Source: Flavobacterium sp.
GTDB lineage: Bacteria; Bacteroidota; Bacteroidia; Flavobacteriales; Flavobacteriaceae
Direction of reading: 5' to 3'
Assembly (NCBI RefSeq): GCF_027484205.1
Contig: NZ_JAIXUB010000001.1
Location: forward strand, 65,528 to 129,527
Length of the DNA: 64,000 bases
The notes below the pieces were generated by a model, which had not been told where the DNA came from, did no database searches, and worked only from the letters and a program-made list of their open reading frames with translations. Position 1 is the stretch's first letter. Every line of letters starts with the position of its first letter. Below are positions 56,940 through 64,000 of this stretch, piece by piece. The position numbers and the translations under genes were made by a program.

Positions 56940-59127
56940 ATAAAACCAAAAGTCCAAAATCTCTCAAAGTAGCTAAAGGTTTAGAATACCAAAACAATTC
57001 GAAATTTTCAAAATGAGTTTCAAAATCCAATTTTAATTGTGAAAATGTAAATTTTGAATCCTTGTAAACCGATACTTTTTCTAATGTAGTAACCAACCAA
57101 TCTGCCTTATCTTTTTCTAGTGAAATATCGAAAGTTTCGGTTTTATCATGAAACGTCAATTTTGTCATTTCCCTAGAACTTCCTTTTTTAGATTTGGTAA
57201 AAGTTTCTGAAGTTGGCTTTCCTCCTATCCAAACAATTTTTGCTGAAGGTTTAGTATTGAAATCGGTTTCTTTTTCAAGGCAAGAAACAATGTAATCAGA
57301 AGAAATTTTAGTAGTTGGAATTTTAAAATCAAACCAATCTTGTAAGTCATAATCGAAACAAATTCCGTGCATATAATTAAACAATGACTTCTTTAATCCG
57401 AAACTAAATTTATCGTGATTGATTCCGGTTTTGTCTTTGAAATTAATGTCATTATTAGCAAAAGTAATTGTGTTTTGTTCAGGAATTACACCAAATTCCT
57501 CTGGAAACATTCCAACTGGAGAATGTGCCGTCATAGCAAATTGATGCCAAAAACCAGATTGTAAAACTCCTAGTTCAAAAAGTTGGCGCACCATTTCTAA
57601 ACTATCAATCGTTTCTTGAACCGTTTGCGTTGGATAACCATACATCAAATAAGCATGAACCATGATACCGCTTTCAGTGAAATTTCTTGTTACTTGCGCT
57701 ACTTGTTCTACAGTTACACCTTTTTTAATTAATTCTAAAAGTCTATCGGAAGCAACTTCAAGACCGCCAGAAACGGCAATACAACCAGATGCTTTGAGTA
57801 AAACACACAAATCAGAAGTAAAACTTTTTTCAAAACGAATATTGGTCCACCAAGAAACTACTAACTTTCTTTTGATAATTTCTAACGCAACTTCTCGCAT
57901 CAATGCTGGTGGCGCTGCTTCATCTACAAAATGGAATCCGTTTTCACCAGTTTGAGCCATTAATTCCTCCATTCTATCGACTAGAATTTTGGCTGCAATG
58001 GGTTCGTATAACTTGATATAATCTAAAGAAATATCACAAAACGTGCATTTTCCCCAATAACATCCGTGCGCCATGGTAAGTTTATTCCATCGACCATCAC
58101 TCCAAAAACTGTGCATTGGATTGGCAATTTCAATAACCGAAATATAATTTTGAAGTTGCAAATCCGAGTAATCTGGAGTTCCAACATCGCTTTGTTTATA
58201 ATCTTGATGTGTAGAATTATTGATATAAGTTACTTCGTTATTTTGTAATTTAAAGGTTCGCTTTAAAATGACTTCGACAAGCTCAGTATGACAAATGTGG
58301 TTAAATAGTAATTCAATAGGAAGTTCGCCATCATCTAAAGTTATGAAATCGAAAAACTCGAATACACGTTTGTCTTTTAGTTCGCGAAGTTCGGTATTTG
58401 GAAAACCGCCACCCATTGCGATTTTAATATTTGGAAAATGAGTTTTGATGAATTGTGCACAACGAAAAGCACTATATAAATTCCCTGGAAATGGTACCGA
58501 AAAACAAACTAATTTTGGTTGAACTTTATCTACTCTATCATTTAGAATTTTAAGTGTAATCTTATCGATATAAGTTGGTTCATTTTGCAAATTAGAATAC
58601 AATTCATCAAATGAATTAGCACTTCTACCTAAACGTTCCGCATAGCGACTAAAACCAAAATTTTCGTCAACACATTCTACTATAAAATCTGATAAATCTT
58701 CAAGATATAAAGTCGCTAGATGCTTGGCCTTATCTTGCATTCCCATCGTTCCAAAAGCCCATTCCATATCGTCTAATTGTGAAAATCGTGAAGCTTCTGG
58801 AAGGAAATTTCCACTACAAATTTGACGTGCTAATGAAGGATTTTTTCCTTGAAGAAAAGCAATTACAGCATCGATGGTTTTTATGTAATCATCTTTTAAG
58901 GAATAAATTCGCTTTGAGTTGGAATATGCACTTAGACTGCGCTCAGTGTGACAAAAAATGTTGGTTAAACCTTTTTTAGAAAACAGTTCTAAAATCACTT
59001 CAATCCCTAAATCCATTTGGAATGCAGAAATCCCTTTAGTGTTTAGAAAACCTTTTATATAAGCCGTCGCTGGATATGGTGTATTCAGTTGGGTAAACGG
59101 TGGAGTTATAAGAAGGAGATCTTTCAA
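56938..59127 (-). CDS. B12-binding radical SAM protein
   Basis: TPPFTQLNTPYPA, HGCYWGKCTFC, FHFVDEAAPP, SGGLEVAS. Confidence 0.9.
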   Translation of the reverse strand: MKDLLLITPPFTQLNTPYPATAYIKGFLNTKGISAFQMDLGIEVILELFSKKGLTNIFCHTERSLSAYSNSKRIYSLKDDYIKTIDAVIAFLQGKNPSLARQICSGNFLPEASRFSQLDDMEWAFGTMGMQDKAKHLATLYLEDLSDFIVECVDENFGFSRYAERLGRSANSFDELYSNLQNEPTYIDKITLKILNDRVDKVQPKLVCFSVPFPGNLYSAFRCAQFIKTHFPNIKIAMGGGFPNTELRELKDKRVFEFFDFITLDDGELPIELLFNHICHTELVEVILKRTFKLQNNEVTYINNSTHQDYKQSDVGTPDYSDLQLQNYISVIEIANPMHSFWSDGRWNKLTMAHGCYWGKCTFCDISLDYIKLYEPIAAKILVDRMEELMAQTGENGFHFVDEAAPPALMREVALEIIKRKLVVSWWTNIRFEKSFTSDLCVLLKASGCIAVSGGLEVASDRLLELIKKGVTVEQVAQVTRNFTESGIMVHAYLMYGYPTQTVQETIDSLEMVRQLFELGVLQSGFWHQFAMTAHSPVGMFPEEFGVIPEQNTITFANNDINFKDKTGINHDKFSFGLKKSLFNYMHGICFDYDLQDWFDFKIPTTKISSDYIVSCLEKETDFNTKPSAKIVWIGGKPTSETFTKSKKGSSREMTKLTFHDKTETFDISLEKDKADWLVTTLEKVSVYKDSKFTFSQLKLDFETHFENFELFWYSKPLATLRDFGLLVL
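58270..58293 (-). repeat. REP-like repeat in frame inside the radical SAM CDS (CHTELVEV)
   Basis: TGTCATACTGAGCTTGTCGAAGTC. Confidence 0.7.
58929..58953 (-). repeat. REP-like repeat in frame inside the radical SAM CDS (CHTERSLS)
   Basis: TGTCACACTGAGCGCAGTCTAAGTG. Confidence 0.65.
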
Positions 59128-59242
59128 TTGGAAATAGTTTTTGCAAAAGTAAAATTAATAATTAAGGTTTTAACTATTATTTGTGAATTTGAAAATGTAT
59201 TTTCAATTTGAATTTTAAGTATTTTTACAAAAAATTTCAAAC

Positions 59243-60841
59243 ATGCCAAGCGATTGTATAACCTACCAAAATTCAGGATATTTCACTAAACTAATGATGG
59301 ATTATTTAGATGAAAAGTCAGAACTGAAGACGTTTTACAATCATTTTCCAACGATTGAAAATTTTAAAACACAAATTGAAGAGAAAAATTTCAATTTTAA
59401 TGACAACAACAATTTTAAAAGAGAAATTTTAGCCTCAGAATTAGAAAAACAATATTTAAATTTTGAAGTTTCAAAAACAACTTTAAACAATATTAAACTT
59501 TTAAACAACACAAACACTTTCACAATTACAACAGGTCATCAACTAAATTTATTTACCGGACCATTGTATTTTTTATATAAAATTGTTTCCACAATCAACC
59601 TTTGTAAACAATTAAAAAAGGAGTTTCCTGAAAATAATTTTGTACCCATTTACTGGATGGCAACTGAAGATCACGATTTTGAAGAGATTAATTACTTTAA
59701 TTATAAAGAAAAAGTTTTTAGATGGAATCGCGAGAGTTTTGGTCCTGTAGGACGATTATCTACAGAAGGTTTAGACAAAGTTTTTGATTTATTTTCTAAA
59801 GAAATAGGAACTTCAAACAATGCTAAATTTTTAAAAAATCTCTTCGAAAATGCCTATTTAAAACATTCTAATTTAGCCGATGCTACCCGATTTTTGGCTA
59901 ACGAATTATTTCAAAATGAAGGCTTGGTAATTATTGATGGTGATTCCATTGAATTGAAAAAACTTTTTATTCCTTTTGTAAAAAAAGAGCTTTTAGAACA
60001 AACCTCATTCAAAAAAGTTACAGAAATCAATGAGCTTCTGAAAGACTATTTCATCCAAGTAAATCCGCGTGAAATTAATTTATTTTACATTAAAGATAAT
60101 TTACGTGAACGAATTATTTTTGAAGACGGAATATACAAAGTGAACAACACAACCATTCAATTTTCTGAAAGTGAAATTCTATCGGAATTAGAAAATCATC
60201 CTGAAAAGTTTAGTCCAAATGTAATTTTGCGACCTTTATACCAAGAAGTAATTTTGCCCAATTTATGCTACATTGGTGGCGGTGGCGAATTAGCCTATTG
60301 GTTAGAATTAAAATCTAATTTTGAGGAAAATAATGTTACTTTTCCAATGCTGTTGCTACGAAATTCGGTTGTTTTAACAACACAAAAACAAACTGAAAAA
60401 GCAGATAAATTAGAACTATTCTGGAGTGATTTATTTTCAAAGCAAAGAGATTTAGTAGATGTAAAAACTAAAGAATTCTCGCAATTCACAATAGATTTTT
60501 CAGAACAAAAAGAACATCTAAAGAAGCAATTTGAAAAACTATACACCATTGCAAATCAAACCGATAAATCCTTTATTGGAGCTGTAAAATCTCAAGAAAT
60601 TAAACAAATAAAAGGTTTAGAGAATCTTGAAAAACGACTTTTAAAAGCTGAAAAAAGAATTCATTCAGAAAAACTTGACCGAATAGTTTCGCTACAAAAT
60701 GAATTATTCCCGAATCAAAGTTTACAAGAGCGAAAAGCAAATTTTAGTGAATTTTATTTAGAATTTGGAAATACATTAATTGAAGAATTGTTAACAGAAC
60801 TGAATCCGCTTTCACAAGAATTCAAAATCATCACTTTATAA
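59243..60841 (+). CDS. bshC: Bacillithiol biosynthesis cysteine-adding enzyme BshC
   Basis: TTGHQLNLFTGPLY, YWMATEDHDFEE, SPNVILRP, GGGGELAYW, LQERK. Confidence 0.93.
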   Translation: MPSDCITYQNSGYFTKLMMDYLDEKSELKTFYNHFPTIENFKTQIEEKNFNFNDNNNFKREILASELEKQYLNFEVSKTTLNNIKLLNNTNTFTITTGHQLNLFTGPLYFLYKIVSTINLCKQLKKEFPENNFVPIYWMATEDHDFEEINYFNYKEKVFRWNRESFGPVGRLSTEGLDKVFDLFSKEIGTSNNAKFLKNLFENAYLKHSNLADATRFLANELFQNEGLVIIDGDSIELKKLFIPFVKKELLEQTSFKKVTEINELLKDYFIQVNPREINLFYIKDNLRERIIFEDGIYKVNNTTIQFSESEILSELENHPEKFSPNVILRPLYQEVILPNLCYIGGGGELAYWLELKSNFEENNVTFPMLLLRNSVVLTTQKQTEKADKLELFWSDLFSKQRDLVDVKTKEFSQFTIDFSEQKEHLKKQFEKLYTIANQTDKSFIGAVKSQEIKQIKGLENLEKRLLKAEKRIHSEKLDRIVSLQNELFPNQSLQERKANFSEFYLEFGNTLIEELLTELNPLSQEFKIITL

Positions 60842-60922
60842 ACGATATTTTCTTGTAATTCTTCAAAAAAACACTACTTTTGCACCCGAATTGAAATAAA
60901 AAACAAATAAATTAAAATAAAA

Positions 60923-61342
60923 ATGGCTACAAATAGAACATTTACAATGATTAAGCCAGATGCTGTTGAAAACGGACACATCGGTGGAATTTTAAACATG
61001 ATTACAGAAGGTGGTTTCAAAATTGTTTCTTTAAAATTAACACAATTAACTGTTGCTGATGCTCAAGCATTTTACGCTGTTCACGCTGCAAGACCATTTT
61101 TTGGTGAGTTAGTTGAATTCATGACAAGAGGTCCAATCGTTGCTGCAATTTTAGAAAAAGAAAATGCTGTTGAAGATTTCAGAACTTTAATTGGCGCTAC
61201 AAATCCAGCTGATGCTGCAGAAGGAACTATCCGTAAAAAATATGCTACTTCAATTGGAGAAAATGCAGTTCACGGTTCTGATTCGGATGAAAATGCAGCT
61301 ATCGAAGGTGCTTTTCATTTTTCTGGAAGAGAGCAGTTCTAA
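60923..61342 (+). CDS. ndk: Nucleoside diphosphate kinase
   Basis: [23 protein letters not shown]. Confidence 0.97.
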   Translation: MATNRTFTMIKPDAVENGHIGGILNMITEGGFKIVSLKLTQLTVADAQAFYAVHAARPFFGELVEFMTRGPIVAAILEKENAVEDFRTLIGATNPADAAEGTIRKKYATSIGENAVHGSDSDENAAIEGAFHFSGREQF

Positions 61343-61384
61343 TATTAAATTTTAGATATTTGATATCCAATATTTATTAAAAAT

Positions 61385-61417
61385 AAAAATCCCGTTTCTT
61401 AATTGAAACGGGATTTT
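61385..61417. terminator. Bidirectional intrinsic terminator
   Basis: AAAATCCCGTTTC/GAAACGGGATTTT. Confidence 0.8.
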
Positions 61418-61419
61418 AT

Positions 61420-61716
61420 TTATCTTAAAACTAAATCTTTTACAATTTCTTTTCGAAGTTCTTCGTTTAGCATTGCAATTATTTTCTGTTTGCCGTAACT
61501 TAATTCTTCTCTTAAAACAGCCGAAGTTAATTTGACATACAAAGTACTTCCTTTCAAAATTACTTCTTGTGTATAACTATTCACACCATTTCCCATAAGT
61601 GATTTCCAAGCTTGCTCAACATCAATTTTATCCATACCAACTTCGAGTTTATTAGCTTGAATAAACTGTTGTAAAACCTCTGAAATAGAACTTTCGTTAC
61701 TTAATCTTTTTGCCAT
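61420..61716 (-). CDS. DUF721 (DciA-like) protein
   Basis: W..LMG..V..YT......G.LYV.L.SAVLREEL. Confidence 0.75.
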   Translation of the reverse strand: MAKRLSNESSISEVLQQFIQANKLEVGMDKIDVEQAWKSLMGNGVNSYTQEVILKGSTLYVKLTSAVLREELSYGKQKIIAMLNEELRKEIVKDLVLR

Positions 61717-61724
61717 TTAAAAAA

Positions 61725-62162
61725 TTACTTTAAAGAAAATGGTTGGTACCTTTTATAATTGTATTCTAATTCATCTTCATTTTTAAGAACTAAAACAGAA
61801 TCTTGAATTTCGATTATTTTTTCTTTCCATTTACCATAACTTGTAGTATAATTTAGAAAATAACTTCCATTTTCGTTGGAAACAGAAATCGTTTCTTTCG
61901 AGTCATTAGTTCTGTATGTTCCATCAAGTTGTGGCATGACTTTTTTTCGAAAACCATTCCAAATTTTGTCAGACTTAGCTTGTGAAAGTTGAAAATAATC
62001 TATTGTTTCATTGATTTTATAATCTTTCTTCTCACCATCTTTTAAAATTACTTTTTCAATTTCCCAATATCCATTTATTTTATTGATATCATTCTCTTTA
62101 ATCTCTTGTTTACAAGACACTAAAAGTATTCCCAAAACGAGAAACAGGTATGTTTTTTTCAT
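61725..62162 (-). CDS. Lipocalin-like lipoprotein
   Basis: Lipobox LVSC; INGYWEIEKV. Confidence 0.65.
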   Translation of the reverse strand: MKKTYLFLVLGILLVSCKQEIKENDINKINGYWEIEKVILKDGEKKDYKINETIDYFQLSQAKSDKIWNGFRKKVMPQLDGTYRTNDSKETISVSNENGSYFLNYTTSYGKWKEKIIEIQDSVLVLKNEDELEYNYKRYQPFSLK

Positions 62163-62266
62163 AATTAAAATAAAACCTAAAATTACAATTAATTTCAAAG
62201 AATAAAAAAGTATTTTTGATTAAACCTTTTTATTTTTTTTAAGTCTTAATTGAAATTCTACCAATT

Positions 62267-63625
62267 ATGAAAAAATATTTTACTTCACTGTTAGTTGTAA
62301 TTTCAGTTTTAGTATCTTGCTCTAAAGATGATTCTGATACAAATGCAACTTTAGCTACGGTTACTACAAATCCAATTACATCATTTACAACAATTTCTGC
62401 TGTTTGTTCAGGAACTGTTTCAAATGATGGTGATTCAAATATAACCGCTAGAGGAATTTGCTGGAATACAAGTACAAATCCAACAATTGCAAATTCAAAA
62501 ACTATTGACGGAACTGGAACTGGAACATTTACATCAAATCTATCTGATTTAATTCCAAATACAACTTATTATATTCGAGCTTACGCAACAAATTCTGTTG
62601 GAACTGCTTATGGAAATGAATTGAGTTTTACGACAGAAGAGGCAATGTATTTTCCACCAAACGACGGAAGTACAACTTGGGAGACAAAAACAATTGAAAG
62701 TTTAGGTTGGAATCAAACTGCAGTTCAACCTTTATTAGACTACTTAGAATTAAAACATTCTAAATCATTTATTGTTTTAGTAAACGGAAGAATTGTTTTA
62801 GAAAATTATTTCAACGGACATTCAGCTACAACGCCATGGTATTGGGCAAGTGCTGGGAAAACATTAACTTCAACTGTAACCGGAATAGCTCAAGATCAAG
62901 GACTCTTAAACATCAATAATAAAGTCTCTGACTATTTAGGAACAGGTTGGACAAGTGCACCAATTTTAAAGGAAAATTTAATCACTTGCAAAAATTTACT
63001 TTCAATGAATTCTGGATTAAATGATGAATTGGGCGATGATGTTTCGCCTGCAAACCTTCAATATGTTGCAGATGCAGGAACGCGTTGGGCATATCATAAT
63101 GTATATGTAAAACTTCAAGATGCTGTGGCACAAGCAAGTGGTCAAACTTGGACAAACTATTTCAATACAAATTTGAGAGATAAAATTGGAATGACTGGTG
63201 GAAGTTGGATACAATCTGATGGTTTGAGTGTTTACTGGAGTACTTCAAGAAACATGGCTCGATTTGGATTGATGGCATTAAACGAAGGAAAATGGAATGG
63301 AACTACTATTGTAAGTAAAAACTTCATGAATCAAGCGTCAAATACATCACAAACTATTAATCAAGCATATGGTTATTTATGGTGGTTGAATGGAAAATCT
63401 AGTTATCATTTACCGCAAACACAATTTCAATTTTCTGGAACTTTGATTCCAAGCGCACCAAGTGATATGTATTGTGCATTAGGCAAAAATGATCAAAAGA
63501 TTTACGTAATACCAAGCAAAAAAATGGTTATAATAAGAATGGGAGAAGTTGCTGACGGAGTAAATTTTGCCTTATCGGATTTTGATGAAACGCTTTGGAG
63601 TAAAATTAGTGATTTATATGAATAA
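62267..63625 (+). CDS. Lipoprotein serine hydrolase (beta-lactamase class C-like) with an N-terminal FnIII-like domain
   Basis: Lipobox LVSC; YYIRAYATNSVGTAYG; SAGK; YGYLWWLN. Confidence 0.8.
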   Translation: MKKYFTSLLVVISVLVSCSKDDSDTNATLATVTTNPITSFTTISAVCSGTVSNDGDSNITARGICWNTSTNPTIANSKTIDGTGTGTFTSNLSDLIPNTTYYIRAYATNSVGTAYGNELSFTTEEAMYFPPNDGSTTWETKTIESLGWNQTAVQPLLDYLELKHSKSFIVLVNGRIVLENYFNGHSATTPWYWASAGKTLTSTVTGIAQDQGLLNINNKVSDYLGTGWTSAPILKENLITCKNLLSMNSGLNDELGDDVSPANLQYVADAGTRWAYHNVYVKLQDAVAQASGQTWTNYFNTNLRDKIGMTGGSWIQSDGLSVYWSTSRNMARFGLMALNEGKWNGTTIVSKNFMNQASNTSQTINQAYGYLWWLNGKSSYHLPQTQFQFSGTLIPSAPSDMYCALGKNDQKIYVIPSKKMVIIRMGEVADGVNFALSDFDETLWSKISDLYE

Positions 63626-63626
63626 T

Positions 63627-63815
63627 TTACTTCGCTCTTGAATTTAAAAATTTATTAATCGTAAAAAGTAATAATCCAAAAGTAATGAGTTGAAAAGCCA
63701 TTGCTAAATCAGGTAACTTACTTTCAATTAACTTCGCCAAAAGTCCTAAACAAACACAAATGATTAATAGGATTTTTGGCGAAACTGTTTTAAAAAATAC
63801 AATAACCTTATTCAT
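63627..63815 (-). CDS. Small two-TM hypothetical protein
   Basis: 62 aa hydrophobic ORF directly downstream of ftsY. Confidence 0.5.
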   Translation of the reverse strand: MNKVIVFFKTVSPKILLIICVCLGLLAKLIESKLPDLAMAFQLITFGLLLFTINKFLNSRAK

Positions 63816-63819
63816 AATT

Positions 63820-64000
63820 CTATTTAAAAAAACTATCTACAAATTCGTATTTATTAAACACCTGTAAATCTTCAATTCCTTCACCTACACCAATATATTT
63901 GACAGGTATTTGAAATTGATCAGAAATTCCAATAACAACGCCTCCTTTTGCAGTTCCATCTAATTTTGTTACAGCCAAACAAGAAACTTCTGTTGCAGCA
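63820..64000 (-). CDS. ftsY: Signal recognition particle receptor FtsY, 3' end
   Basis: Manual translation ...VTKLDGTAKGGVVIGISDQFQIPVKYIGVGEGIEDLQVFNKYEFVDSFFK*. Confidence 0.95.
   Translation of the reverse strand, partial: AATEVSCLAVTKLDGTAKGGVVIGISDQFQIPVKYIGVGEGIEDLQVFNKYEFVDSFFK

Noticed and set aside
260-63214. Numerous 60-125 aa ORFs nested in or antisense to long genes
   Set aside because: They overlap well-supported CDSs and have no recognisable motifs.

Overview
AT-rich Bacteroidota chromosomal window, most likely Flavobacterium. This is inferred from type IX secretion (T9SS) cargo proteins, bshC, TAnnTTTG promoters and the gene order. The flanks (1-23.8 kb and 45.6-64 kb) carry mostly ordinary genes. 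The left flank has an ABC transporter, two T9SS type-B proteins, typA, two two-component systems, rpsT, two tRNA-Glu, proS, rimO and a LysM-NlpC/P60 protein. The right flank has an acyl-CoA carboxylase operon, a LytS/LytTR pair with a T9SS LRR protein, a radical SAM protein, bshC, ndk and the 3' end of ftsY. The centre (23982-45518, about 21.5 kb) is an integron-like gene-cassette array. About 28 mostly unrelated small ORFs, nearly all on the + strand, are separated by about 23 attC-like palindromic sites of 128-166 bp (20 largely intact, 2 collapsed, 1 degenerate). No integrase gene is present in the window. Most cassettes have mutually complementary ends (GTTnnnn at the start, nnnnAAC at the end), which is the footprint of excision and insertion via circular intermediates. 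The sites differ from classical attC in three ways: a conserved 1x5 asymmetric loop next to the core, conserved mismatches shared by three sequence families, and a Bacteroidota -7 promoter element at a fixed position in nearly every site. REP-like repeats, two of them in-frame inside a CDS, and candidate response-regulator boxes were also found. All alignments and counts were done by eye; no database searches or folding programs were run.
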